Made by a program: the position numbers and the translations under genes. From NCBI RefSeq assembly GCF_001194135.2, contig NC_068998.1, positions 33,894,316 to 33,958,315 on the forward strand: DNA of 64,000 nt. The letters are read 5' to 3'. The notes under the pieces were generated by a model, which ran no database searches, was not told where the DNA came from, and saw only the letters and a program-made list of their open reading frames with translations. The stretch is from Octopus bimaculoides (taxonomy: Eukaryota). Below are positions 23,977 through 38,299 of this stretch, in pieces. The stretch's first letter is position 1; each line of letters starts with the position of its first letter.

Positions 23977-25339
23977 GAACACACAAACACACCTTTAAAT
24001 AGACCCTCTCGTTTTTGAAAAGTATTATGTCAGCTTATACATATTTTAAATATATTTTCTGTTTGTTTAAAAAAATGTTAATGTATAAAGAAATATTACC
24101 AATTAAATTTTTTTTAAAGTCAGCACTGAAATTTATTGTCGCTCAATCATAATTTTATTCTTGTTTTGTTTCTGCTAACAAGTTCTATTGCTTACCAAAG
24201 TCATGATAAATAGAATCAATCTAATGATAAAAGTAATAAGAAAGAAAAAAACAAATAAAAGATCTCCCCAAGAAAAAGAAACACAATTTCCATTGATGTT
24301 CAAAAGACTGATATTCTTTAATCTTCTAGATATTAACTAAAAATGCCAATAAGTTGTAGATTGACGATTTCTTTTTCACCATTTATCACTGCTTCTGGTT
24401 ATAAATCTCAAGAAATTACATCACACGGACTTGATTTTTATGCATACATGTGGGTTAAGTTCTTTCAACACACACACATACACTCTCTCTCTTCTGTCTG
24501 CCTGCCTGTCTGTCTGTCTCTCTCTCTCTCTCCCCCACTCAACCAAACTACTCCATTTTCATTTTATCTTGAAGAATTGATATTGTGTTTACGCACCACT
24601 ATCCCCTACTTTTAATTGCATGGATTCACATCATATTTCCACAACATTAGGAGGTAAGTTCTTCTGTAATGGATGTTGTTTCAGTTCAAACTGGTAATAT
24701 ATGATATAATTACAGATCAATAAAAGCAGTAAAGGAAATGACTGTTCAATACTGTTAAAAGCAACCTGCTGAGTCAATGACTCAGAAAGTAAGGCAAGGC
24801 TATACGAAAGTAGGAATAAATCCATTTTTAATAACAGTATAGCAATCATTAATTAATGTTAGCCACCAATGTCCAATTTGTGCTCTCAGAATCTGATTTT
24901 GACAAAAGATTTATTTCAGTCGAATCTTTTTTTTTTGCACCGTTAAAGAACATAATCTTCAAATCTAATTACCTCTGCTTGAATGGCAGCTCACTAGGAA
25001 TTTCAGTTATGTTTTATGTTAGGAGACAAGAGAGCATTTAAAGTAGCTTTTGCTTTTTCCTTTTTTCCTTCTGACATATATCTCTGTTCCATTTTCCATT
25101 TGATCATTTTAGTGTGTGATCCTATATTTTATTCCACATATCGAACAATAGACTTGATTAATATTGAAGAGTGATGTAGTATGGTGCAGGTTAAGTAGTT
25201 TGCTTCATAATCACATGGTCTGGATTTAATGTCATTGCATGGCACTTTGGACAAGCGCCTTCTGCATTATTTGTCTAAGTTAGAGCTGATCAGAGGCTTA
25301 TGAGTGAACTTTATTAGACAGAAGCTGTACAAAAAAGCC

Positions 25340-25424
<85 letters not shown>

Positions 25425-28400
25425 ACATAAACATAGTGAGAACCGGTACATTCAGGCAAAAAAGTTTTATAGAATTTTGGTCCATACATGTATGTTCTGG
25501 GTTTTAATCCTATCCAAGTTGCTTTCCATCCCATAATATTTGACAAATGTATCAATATCATTATCATGTTGAAGTAAAACCAATAGGCTATACCTTCTAT
25601 CTGCTAAGAGCCAGGCAATGCTGTTAAACTGAGTGATGGATAAAGGCTGACATTCAAGTAGGGTGAAGCAGAATTTGAATTCAGAATGAAAAGAACTGAA
25701 ACAGAGTAAAACATCCACTCTGATGCTATAATGGTTCTGATAGTCCACCACCTTAGACAGGTACTTATTGATGGAAGGAAGGAAATGAAAGTTGACCTTG
25801 CCAATAATTGAACTCAGAATACAAGAAACTAGAACAAATACCTCAAGACATTCTATCACTGCCTATTAGATTCTCATATTAATATACAATACTTATTAGA
25901 TTCAAATCCATATGCAGTCCTATTCAAACTTCATAACAGTTGCTTTTTAAGATATGGTTGTTTTAGAAACATAGATTGCATAACTTATTATAGTCCAGCT
26001 GAAATGAATGTGTATGTTATAAGAGATTAATATGATTAACACTGATTTTGAATTAAGTGTGGTTTAGTTAGATGTTCGACTAAGATAAATAGGAAGAGAA
26101 ATGAGGTCTGACCTTTTGAAGAAAGAAGAAAACTGTACACATTATTTATACTTCTGAGAGCTAACACAGAAGGAGGCGAACATTATTAAAAAAAAAAAAT
26201 TAAAGTATTATTGATGCTTGTGAACCAGAAATGTTTGGTGAAATAGAAGTATTTAAGAACTTGTATTGGTGGGTGAACAAGTGATTTGAGGTACTCTGCA
26301 AGAAAACAGTTCTTGGTGAATTAGAGGAACTTCATCTATGTTATAGCATCCTCAACATCAGTTTTAAAGATAGGGAATAATCCCCTAACCCTAACCTTTT
26401 GGTAATCCTTCTTTCCTTAAGCACTAATCACTAGGTGTTAGTATCCTTCTTTAGCTACCAATATTTTTTCCTTATGTTAAAAGGTTTATTTAGTCCCAAA
26501 TCATTTTGAAGCATTTTCAGCCAAATATTGGTTGAAGACCTACGAATGATTTGTATGGCAATCTGGAATGATCATTTCATTCCAATGACCAGGTCTGCAT
26601 AACTACTGTTTATGAAGGAATTTAGAAAATAGTTGGCTAACAAAAGCAAGTTTGCTGAATATGAGACAGTCAAACCAAACCATTCCAAATATTCAACAAA
26701 GGTATTAAATTTAGATAAGTTCCAACATATCCAAACCATGTAGGGATAGTGTATATGATTTGGTACCATGCAAAAAGTTAGTGAATACAGAAGATTAATA
26801 AATGTAAATGATGGTATTTAATAAGATATCACATTCTGACTATACTCAACAATTAATGAGGTCAAAGCCAAAAGTTTTAACCTAATTCTATTTTTGATAT
26901 CTAATAACATGATAATCTTTTTCCTTCTACTCTGGAAGGAAAGAAGTGTGTTACTTCAGCTGCCAAAAGAGTACTTGTGCATTTCTTATGAGAATAAGGC
27001 AACATTTACTGTTTAACAGTGAACTGTATCTACTCTAATATTAGATGAGTAGTCTACTTTGTAACAATAATCATTTTAACATGGACTTTTCCATGTTTAG
27101 TATCTGTTGCTGCTGAGCATTCCCCTCAACTGCAAATAAGCATCACTGGACAAGATCAACTTGTCACTGAAAACAGTATCAAGAGGGTAAATATGACAAG
27201 AGGTTTGTACTGCTTGCAGCACCACTGTAGCATAGAGAGGAATAAGTTCTACCTGGCTGATTTGCTTAGAATTCACTGTGTAAAAATGGAATCTTTACAT
27301 GTTTTCCTATGATACAATAAGTATATCAGATTTACTATTGATAACACATGAGACACATGTAATTTATGCTAAATATATTTTTCCTTCCTTATCTTGTTGT
27401 AGTCCAGCTCTCTTACAATATTGTCTTTCAGTTTAAATCACATGAACACACTGTGCAGAAAGCAAAATCTATGTCACCTACGACTTTCTAACACTCAGTG
27501 TGTATTTGAAAATATTATTACTTTTAAACAAATATCAACACACTGGTTTTGATCCAAAATGTCTTTTAAAAATATATTCAGTATTTTATCAATACATTTT
27601 CTTTCATGGTTTCTCTAATGGTAAATATATTCATGACATGTCAGTAAAATATTATTTGTATCTATTTAACAGTTTTAGGATTATTTATAAACAGACCATA
27701 CTGCCATTTAGATATGTGACATATATTTTATAAAACGGTCTTCAATCATAGTTATAACGTTCAGTATTTATATCTCAGATGTGTTTTGATGTTCAACACA
27801 TTCTGTTGCATTACACATAGTACATCACTGTCTCCAATATTTCCACATTTTGTTGACAAGTTGTTCCTTCTAAGCAATCAATTTATAGTTTGATGTTTAA
27901 TTTTTTTATGTTTGATAAGAGAGGAAGGGATAGGAAAAATAGCATATTTGAAATTCCTGAACAGTATTGGTAGAGAAAACTTCAAAGTTATCAGTTTTCC
28001 CATAAAAGAAGAAGTGACAATATTTCCTCAAAAAGACAAAGTATCTTATAAAGCCAGCAATATAGTTGTAATGGAAAACTCGAAGTAATTCAGTCTTTGA
28101 TACCAACTGCATAATACAGAAAATCTAATAAAATCTTTTGGTAAAAGTCTTTCCTGTCTTCTCTTATACTAATGATTTATTGCCAAGCAATAATTTCACT
28201 TCAACTCCCTCCAGAAATCTATAAGATTATCTTAGCCTGCTAACTAAATTATTAATGCTGATAAGGAAGGAAGTTTGTTACTTCTTGCTCAAATGAGTTA
28301 TATAGAAGATAATGAATAAATACTTCTGGCAGCTTAATCTCTGTTGAAGAATTAGAATTAATAGATATTAATGGGTTAAAGATCGCACATGATAATGCAG

Positions 28401-29710
28401 TATTTGTGTGAGGCCTCTGTGCTAGTATTCCTGGATTGTATTACAATGTACCCAGGGACTCATAAATTATTGTTGATAATGATAGCTAAAGGGTAGCTTG
28501 GTGGAAATAAGTGGAAAGTAGAGAATGTAAACTTTAACCTGTCAAATAAATATACATGTTCTGGAATTTGTCAAATGTAACTTTGGTGCTTTTGTGGATA
28601 AGAAGTTAATTCAAATCAGTCCTTTCTTTCTGTGATATTATAAGACAGACAATAATGATTTGTTGTTATGTAACCCTGGTCAGTGTGTTCAAATAGATCT
28701 ATGACATATAAATAGTTATTGAGGCAAGTTGGTGCAATCCAGGGGTCCACCACTCTCAACATACTATGCCTCTGTCTGGCTGCAGATTGCACTATACACT
28801 GATCATTTTATTTTAACATGCAACAATAAGTGGGAGACTGAACACGTGTTTCTATTACCACACAATCTGCTTCTGTATGGCTGTATCTTCAGGTAGTGAC
28901 CACAGTTGAAAAAAATGCAACATATGTAGATCACATATGTATAAACCACTGTAAGGTTTTACATAATAAGTCTAAGTAGCCATTTTGTTATTTTCCTTTC
29001 TATCTTACTGTCAATATATTTCTAAGATACTGCGACAGTAAATTTAAATATTTAGATACAGCAGTAAACAAAAACAAATATAAACTGCAATGTTAGAGCA
29101 ACCTTGTTTACCTTAATTTGAATATCATGCTACTTTACCTTTACTGGTCACACAAAATCTCTGACAATAATTACAGTACAACTCCAAGGAAGTTTAGGTC
29201 TTTCTGTGTTTTGCTTGTATTGTAAAGAAGCATTTTACCCTAATACTCCACAAAATATTCCATCTAAAAAGGTCAATTATAATAATTTACAATGAAAGTG
29301 TCAACTCATGTACACAGGAAAATATTTTTCTTGTTCTTTTCTACTCTTCATCTTTGTATTTTATTCATAATATATTTATGAATGACCAATTATGGAAGTT
29401 CAGGAGAGCTATATAAAATGTTACTAAAATTTTATGAATGGCAGATTGACAAGATATGTTCCATAAAAGTCTGCTGAACTGATTACAAGCAATTACCAAT
29501 AATGATAAATGTTAGATGACATTAATCAAATTCAGACTGAATCCTCATTGAAGTTACAGGAAATCAGCAGAAGGTACAATGGTTTGTTTCTGTATTTGGT
29601 TTGCAAGATTCTTGATGTGGAATCATATGTTGAAACATATTTTCTTGTATCTTGGAAGTATCATTATGCCAAATAAATACACATGTACTGGTTCTCTTTC
29701 ACTTGCTTAA

Positions 29711-29956
29711 TTATTATTAGTCAACTAGTTAATCATTTCACTTACTTTTATTAGTCGTATTATTAGTCAACTAGTTGACCATTTAACCAGTTAATGAAAT
29801 AATTGTTTAATTAGACATTTAGTCAATCAATCTGTCATGAGAGTCCTTTCATTGCCATCTATGACCTTGTCAGTAGCATGTCCTCACTATTCCAGGGCTC
29901 CAGACAAGTAATAGATTAGTTGAGTAAATGGTTAACTAATTGGCTAATAATAATAA
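29711..29956. repeat. Short direct and inverted repeats (ttattagtcaactagtt motif), MITE-like
   Basis: Direct copies at 29711-29737 and 29758-29787; inverted copy at 29924-29956. Confidence 0.55.
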
Positions 29957-30903
29957 ATGAATGGAAAAAGAACGAGTGTGTGTTTCTTTTTAGCATAACA
30001 ACTTTCTCAAAGTTCATCAAAATACAATGGTCTCTTTATTGTCTCTACAACTCTGAGGCATAATTTAACATTGTAATCAAAGAACTGTATATCTTACTGA
30101 AGGTTGGATTCATTACTGAAGTGACTTACACTGGAACAGAACTTTATGAAGAGAATAGATTTAAATGGGTTCCCTAACAATCCACTAAATAATGAGCAAC
30201 GTTCCTCCAAAGTTTCAATGAGTAATACATTGAAGAAATATGATGTGCACATATTTCCTCATGACTAAAAATAATCAGATGCCAAATGCTTGAATAAATG
30301 TAATTCTAAAATATTAAGGTAATTTTGGTCTAAGAAACTAACAAAAAAAAATGCATAAGTTATGATTGCATTGTATGAAATATCCTGGTACATTAAAGAT
30401 ACATATAGCATATAAACAATGCACCTATTTTTCTACACATGTATTTATGTTCTACTTGTAGTAGTTCGATTTCCTTTGTGCTCTAATTCTGTTGCACATG
30501 TTCCTGTACATGTGTACTGCTAATAAATAGCATTGGTTATATGATTAACATGAACATGCAAAAACGTACATTCATGTATACACTTGTATATGCATACACA
30601 AACATATGTGTGCATTTATATCATACATATACAAAGCAACACATACATAAGCAAATAAACAGCCTCCAGTAACTCATTGCAATATATTCATAACCAGTCG
30701 ATCTGACTAATAAGTAATAGTTACTCAGTTGGCAGCCTTTCTTACTAGTTAATCAATGAGGACAAAAAATTCTATTGAATTCTGGTTTCTTAGATGGAGA
30801 CTACAGAATTGATGGAGATTTCTTACTTTACTGCAATAATAAGACTGTACAGCAGTTTTTGTTTCTGTTGTTGGCCCATTAGCTAGGTACTTATTTATGT
30901 TTC

Positions 30904-30964
<61 letters not shown>

Positions 30965-30972
30965 CATATATA

Positions 30973-31005
<33 letters not shown>

Positions 31006-32710
31006 GTACATTTATACATATATGTATACATGTATGTATATATATATATAAATATAGATACATAGATAGATACATACATGCATGCATGTATGTATGTATT
31101 TATATATCTATATCTATATATATACATATATTGTGCGTGTATGTTTGTGACTGAGTACTTGCATCAGAGTAAGAAAAATATTCATATAGGTGTTTGCAGT
31201 GAAAGAGAACATGGAAATGCTAGCTATTTTTTCATCATGCCTGCCTTCATTCTAGTAGATGTTGTAAAATGATAAATAAATATGTAATTAGATAGAAAAA
31301 GAAACAAGGTTGGAACCAATTATATAAGATCTGAAATATCTTGAGAATTAGATTGGTTAATCTCCATTTACTTTTGCTGTTGTTACTTCATGTCAGTCAT
31401 GATCAATGAAAAAATACTTTTCTGGCAGTCATCATTCTGTCTTTTTATATATCTAGAATTATATCATCTAATGTTTTCTGTCTTTTTTTAAAGATTGTAG
31501 GGTGTTATCAGAGAAAGATTTAGCTAATATCTCTAGTGAGCTGAGGGATCACATAAAGGTTCTCAGATTTATTCGTCTTCATTGACAACAATTTCACTGA
31601 TTAGTGTCAGTCAGCTTTGCTTAAGCAGACCAGTAAAAGAAATTTACTGACATTCTATAATTATTACTTGATCCCAAATTCTAATGTGAGACTACACAGT
31701 ACATCATACCATGTTTGCTGTGTACCTGATGTAGTGTGTCCTTAAAATTCTGATGTCCAAGGTAGTTCAATGTGAATGGGTAATGATTCCTTGAAAGTTT
31801 CAGAATTGGAAACTCAGTGCAGAATTTTGTTTATAGTATCTATTGATAGTACTGTGTTTGGTATGGATACTGCATGGCCAATTGATTAAGTATCATTTCC
31901 CAATCATGACATTCCAAGTTTGATTCCATTGTGTTGCATCTTGGATAAGTGCCTTTCACGATGACCTCACATTGACCCTAACAATGGAGTGAAATTAAAG
32001 AGAGACAGAAACTGTATGGAAACCTTGTAATTTAAAAGGCTAGCCTTAACACACTTGTCATGCAGATTCTACCTGAGAATGACATTAAGGGTGTATGTGT
32101 TTGTGGAACATTTAATCACTTAATAATTACTTACTAATAAATTCAGTGAGCTGGTGCTATAATTGTTCAAACAACTGAATACTCATTGTTGAAAGTGAGA
32201 TTCATTCATTTCATTCTGGTGAGTCCTTATGATCTGGATTACTTCACATCTACTGATATTCACAATATTATCAATAAAACCTTTAAACAAGAATCCTTTA
32301 ATTGTTATGGCATAATGTTAACATATGTCTAAATGTTTCAAGTCAATGTAATGATGTATAAAACTATTGCTTTTGAAATATTGCGACCTCTTTATAAAAT
32401 AGGATACACATTCAGCAGAAGTCTTCATACATTAAACCTAATAGAGATGTAAGAATAAAGATATAATACATTGAACCAATTTATCAACTGAAAAGAAACT
32501 TGTCACTAAACAAATAAATTTTCAAAAATATATCCAAGATAGAGGGCAGATAAGCTCAATAATCTTGAAAAGTACAAAGATTTGAGAAAGAAAATATCAG
32601 AAAAATTAAACAAATGCATTGATACTTTCACACACATACACACACAAGAACACACACACATACATGCACACACATGCACGTGCACACACATACATATACA
32701 TCTGTGTGTT

Positions 32711-32790
<80 letters not shown>

Positions 32791-33046
32791 GAGTGAGATT
32801 CAGCAGCTTTATTATTAGCATAAAGAAATAGATAAACTTGCATATAAAGAAGAAAAATGTAATAACAAATAACAGAAGAGCAACAACAATAACACCAGAT
32901 ACAACAATGCATTTTACTGGAATAATTATTCACTTATTTATACAATTTTCCCTTCGCTTGTTAGATTTATGTTTCTTTCTGTGTAAATGCTGCAGAGAGA
33001 TTGTTCCAGAGTATTCAGGTGTTTTTTCTTTCATATTTATTTATTC

Positions 33047-33082
<36 letters not shown>

Positions 33083-33254
33083 TATAATATTTTTATCATG
33101 TCTCTTACATGGAAAAGAGAGATTATAGCATCCATATGATAATTCACTTTGGATTTTGAAACAAGATGTAAAACAAGAACATGCATGAAAAAATTAATCA
33201 ATTCATAAATAAAATAAATCCAAATAAATCAAGAAACAACACTACATTGAGAAG

Positions 33255-33341
<87 letters not shown>
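33255..33341. repeat. (ATC)n microsatellite
   Basis: About 29 perfect ATC units. Confidence 0.98.
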
Positions 33342-33342
<1 letters not shown>

Positions 33343-33599
33343 CCACCACCAACAACAACAACAGCTATTTCTTAACGTCTGTTTACATTTTGGTTATCTT
33401 CTCACTGAGAGATGTTAAAAAGTTCACATTTGTTTCAATAGTTTTAAGATGATATAATTTCTAAAAAGAAACCAAAGAATTTTACAAAGACAACAATGTG
33501 TGTGTGTGTGTTTATACACACATATATATACATATGTGTGTGTGTGTGCATGTATGTATATATATGTATATTCAATTTTCATTCTGACTTGCTTACATT

Positions 33600-34200
33600 T
33601 TCTCTCTCTCTTTCTCTACATTTGTCTCTAGTCTATCTCCATTTTGCTTTGCCCATTTTCATTTACTTCCCTCCCTCCCTCTCTCTTGACTCTTTTCTTT
33701 CTGTATATCTCAATATATTCTCTTTCACTTGCTGTGCTCTTAATCTTTTCCACTCTCTCTTCTTCTTACTCTCCTACCTATTTTATATTTCCCATGCACA
33801 AGCTCTCTTTCTTAATTTGTCCTCATCATCCTCTCTCTTCTACTTCATTCTCTTTTTCTACTTCTGTTTGTAATCTTTGTCTCTCTCCCTCTCTCTCTTT
33901 CCCTCTCTCTCCATCTTTTCCTTTCTCTCTCTTTCCCTCTCTCTCTCTTCTCCCCTCCATCCTCTCACTCTCTTCCTCTCTCTCTCTATCTGCTTCAGCT
34001 TTTCTTTCTGCTCTTTCTGTGACCACGGTACAACAACTGAGATTTCTTTCAGTGATCTACTCAAAGGTTTCACCATTCCCGCTCAAGAATTCTGTCTGTG
34101 TTTCCCTGCCTCTCACTTTCTCTCACAATATCTCTCTATCACTTTATATCTCTCATTACCTCTTTTACTCTTCTCCTTCATTTTTCAGTATCATTATCTC
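33600..34200. repeat. CT-rich low-complexity tract
   Basis: Degenerate (CT)n/polypyrimidine; explains the S/L/F-rich ORFs here. Confidence 0.9.
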
Positions 34201-35675
34201 ACCTTTTACTCTCACTACTCACATAATAATAATAATGTAAGAACCTAACACAAGATAAATACTTTTCTTCACTTAGTGTTAAATAAACAAAGAAAGAGAA
34301 TCCATTCTCTCGAATTTTCTTCTCTGTGTGGAAAGGATAAAAGTATTATAGTTGTGAAATGGAAAATAAAAATTGCAGACAAGAAGCGCAAAAAGAGAAC
34401 ATAACATCAACAAATATAATATAAAAGTTAGAGTTGTTTGTACTCTACAATAAGCTAACTGCAGTTACGTAATCACAATGGCTTACTGCTATTTCTGTTA
34501 TAAGGAACTGCGCACTGAGTGGTGAATGATTGTGTGACATCTTATAACCATATCATAAGCAGAAACAGCTGAAAGACAGTGAATGTTATTAAGTAACTCT
34601 TGTTCTTTCATAATTTATTTATTACTTAAATGTATGCTCAGTATTTATTTAGTTGTTCAGTTGTGAGGATGTCAGTGAATTCACACTAACTCACTGCCAG
34701 ATGCATTATAAGTATTAGTAGAATGACCGCCCTCTGGATGGTTTTCTGCTAGCCACTCAATAATATTTCCACGTTTGATTCCCAATACTAATAATTTTTA
34801 TGATATTTTAAGTCTAATTACTTTTTTTGGTATTATAGTGCTCACTTGCTTAGTAAACATTGCTTTCATTATTTTATCACAGTCATAATCTCTCTTTTTT
34901 AAGCAAGCATCAAAGTAGTCTAACTCCATTTAATGTGCCAAAAAATTGCAGTGATCACATAGAGATATCTTAATACCTATAGCATATCAAATAGCCATAG
35001 CAACAAATTCACTTGCTAATTCTTAGATAATGATGGAAAGGAAATAAGTCACATGTGTCTGCAGCTACAGTAAGTTTTAATAAATAGTCCAATATAATTT
35101 ATTTTCAGTATGTATAAACAATAAACTGAAGGCATTTACACAGCGAATTTAAGTCAACAAAATACCTGATTTCCTTATCTGAAATAACTAAATAAAACTT
35201 GAAATGAAAAAATTGCAATGAATATATATTAAGTAGATTATTATGAATGAAAACAATTAGAGGCAAGAAAGAGAGAAAATGAGAAACTGTGTTGCAAATG
35301 AAAACGAAAATTTTGCCAGAACATATTAATATTGTTTATCAAACGTTAAAACCTACTCCGCAGTGAACGTAAAGCTTGGCAACAAATATCTAACTTTGTG
35401 ATAGTAAATAATAACAGATACCTCAAAAGTGCTTTTATAAAATTTATAAAAATTTTCCAGAGAGTCAAACCTGGCTATTATGGAAGGTGTGACTAACTAA
35501 CGGACATCATAGAAATTTATATGTAGATATATAGCTGAGTCAATCTGTTATATATATTTATCATTAGTAATTGGCAGAACTTACATAGGTGTGCATAGAT
35601 AGATAGATAGATGGATCGATGGATGGACACACAGACACACAGATGCATGCACACACACACACACACACAGATGCA

Positions 35676-35706
<31 letters not shown>

Positions 35707-35938
35707 GCACACACACATTCACACAAAAATGCTTGATGCTGTGAGAACACATGGGAATGGTGTTTCCTTACTTTTCCTATATACCCAAATTTAAAATGAT
35801 CTAAAATAACGATATCATTCATCCGGCATGAGTTCAAATATGCCAAAACAATTTAATTCTTCACAAATATATGTTACTTTACATATAATTTATGTGTTAA
35901 TTCTATTTACTGAAACTTGCTAAAAAGCATATTTTGCT

Positions 35939-37032
35939 TTAAAGTAGTTTCTCCTTGTAGACACAATTGTCAGTAATCATACTGTTTCCATTTCTCTCAG
36001 CCAATATTTTTACATTAGCCTTCTTTTGAACTCTAGATAATGCAACATACAGCTGACCATCTGAGAAGAATTGTGTCGGAAGATATATTCTAATTTGTTC
36101 AAAAGTTTGTCCCTGTGCTTTGTTGCATGTCAAGGCAAAAGCAGGAAATTGTTTGCATGTAAATGTGAATGGAAATTCCACTTTTTTGAGATACAAGTAG
36201 TATTCTTGGGATTAGCAGAGTTGATTCTGCATAAGGACTAGAAGCAACTTCAGCTTCAATAACATGATCATGTAAACTGACAATGATGTAGCTTGTGTCA
36301 TAGCAATGTTCATTAGTAGCCTCTAAATTTCTCAGAAGCATTATGTAGCATTTCTTCTTCAGTTTTAGAATGAGTGGTGTAAGCTTGTTGATAAACTCGG
36401 TTGGGTACAGAGTTTCATCATCAACTGTATCTGAACTTCTGTACATTTTTAGCTCACCAGGAATCTGGTCAACAGAAAATCATTCACAAATTGTGCTGCC
36501 TCATTTGTTGGAGTAACGATGGTTCTGTTTGCAAGCCACACAGGGTTTGTGAAGTTATTTTTGAGGTCAGCATTTACAAAATCACAGAGATCTGAAAGAG
36601 TACCACTTTCAAGGCAAAGGTCATTGGGTAGTTTGATTTTGAATTCACCTACGCTTTGTTCAACAGATATGTTACCATTTTGTACGTCAAGAAGGTGATT
36701 AGCAAACTCTCTTTTATCTGAACGACTTTCTGCAAGAAGTCTTAGATTGCTTGTCAACTCCATTACTTCCACAAGATCTCTTAGTGTTGCATCAACAATT
36801 TGTGATCTGACACTATTATCTTGAAGTAGAATCTTCTCCTCTTGAGATACCCTAACCAGTCGGTCATGTGTGGTGGAAACAGAATCATGTCTACATCTCC
36901 GTGCATATTCAGACATCTGTTTCAGTCACTTTGCCCTGGTTTCATCCGATTCAGTTGCCCATCTTTCTCTCTGCCGTTGTGCCTTTGCTGCTAAATTTTC
37001 TTTTTCAGTCGCATATTTTTTGGACACTCCAT
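35939..37032 (-). pseudogene. Helitron RepHel remnant: N-terminus fused to the C-terminal half of the PIF1-like helicase
   Basis: MELTSNLR, RTIVTPTN, YPTEFINKL, IMLLRNL, PAFALTCNKAQGQTF, FSDGQLYVALSRV, TDNCVYKE*; preceded by a charged N-terminus YATEKENLAAKAQRQRERW...QMSEYARR. No HUH Rep motifs or Walker A seen. Confidence 0.92.
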
Positions 37033-37344
37033 GTTGAATTGCAAAATTAAAATGTGATATTTATGTAATAATGAAATCAAACCTGTACGTGTGTGTGTTT
37101 ATATTTAGAGAGACAGTGTGAGTGTGTTTGTGTGTGAGAGAGAGAGAGAATAGTGCAAACATTGAATGAAAATAAACATGAAATGAAAAAAAATTATGTA
37201 AGTGAAAGCTTGTTAAAAACTATCTCGTTTAGCCACGATCACATAGTTATTGTAAAGCTTATAGCTTTCCAAGCAGCCATACCAACAAAATCACTTCTTC
37301 ATTTAAAAAAACAAAAATTATACCGGTATATTAAAGAATTTTCC

Positions 37345-37585
37345 TTTTATCAAAAATATTCATTTAATAAACTCCGGAAATTGATAATATTCCTGAAATC
37401 GTGCCTCATATCAAAGTTACACAGCTATTTTGTGTTATAGCATGCATTCGCTCAACACAAAATCACTTACAGATTATACCATTATATTAAAAAAATGTTC
37501 ATTTTCTCAAGAATATTCACTTAACAAACTCCAGAAACTGATAATATTCTTGAAATTGTGCCTTGTATCAAAGTTATATAGCTAT
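37345..37585. repeat. About 90-bp direct repeat pair inside the Helitron 5' region
   Basis: aatattca(t/c)ttaa(t/c)aaactcc(g/a)gaaa(t/c)tgataatatt...atcaaagtta(c/t)a(c/t)agctatt near 37350-37428 and 37510-37585. Confidence 0.85.
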
Positions 37586-38011
37586 TATTAAATTATCCTT
37601 AATGAAAATAGAGGCAAGTGTGAATTAGAGACTGTTGCAGATAAAAATGTTAAATGTTGCCTGCAATGAATTAATATTGTTTATTATTAAACATCAAAAT
37701 CTACTCTGCAGCGAATGCAATGAATATTTAAATTTATGAAGAATAGGATGCAGTGAATGCAATAAATATTTAAATTTGCAAAAAGTTGGAATTAAAAAAT
37801 TCAATATACTTCAGAAATCGAAATTATAGGAAAATTTTTAGAACATGAATTTATATAAATATTTCCAGATTGTCAAGCATTTAATATTGCTTTTTTTTAG
37901 TATTTTTAGTAATTAATTGTTCCATACCTAATTAATAAGCAGCTTTCTCCATTATAGTATAGATATTGAACTGGTTATTGGTACTGCTTTGGTTAAGCAG
38001 AATTATCATAT

Positions 38012-38244
38012 ATGGCGGCGAGCTGGCAGAATCGTTAGCACGCCGGGCGAAATGCTTAGTGTTGTTTTGTCTGCTTTTACATTCTGAGTTCAAATTCCAC
38101 TGAGGTTGACTTTGCCTTTCATCCTTTCAGGGTCGATAAATAAAGTACCAGTTATGCACTGGGATCGATATAATCGACTTAATCCCTTTGTCTATCCTTG
38201 TTTGTCCCCTCTATGTTTAGCCCCTTGTGGGCAATAAAGAAATA
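38012..38244 (+). mobile_element. tRNA-derived SINE, family B, full length with 13-bp TSD
   Basis: ggcggcgagctggcagaatcgttagcacgccgggcg...gagttcaaattcc...gggcaataaagaaata; TSD agaattatcatat at 37999-38011 and 38245-38257; CpGs largely intact. Confidence 0.92.
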
Positions 38245-38299
38245 AGAATTATCATATGTGTCTGTGTTTTTATTATTTGGTATTGTTGATCAAATTGTT

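Larger units (their letters stand above)
34715..37963 (-). mobile_element. Internally deleted Helitron with candidate 5' and 3' termini
   Basis: Minus-strand 5' a|TCTATACTATAATGGAGAAAGCTG at 37963; degenerate hairpin accgccc-tct-ggatggt (34726-34742) then CTAA|t at 34718-34715; A|T insertion site; PIF1-type helicase remnant inside. Confidence 0.75.

Noticed and set aside
26383-26397. Telomere-like ccctaaccctaacc
   Set aside because: Only about two units; not an interstitial telomeric array.
32540-32620. NNLEKYKDLR resembling the REL endonuclease KY.DL motif
   Set aside because: Too short, with no flanking PD..D motif.
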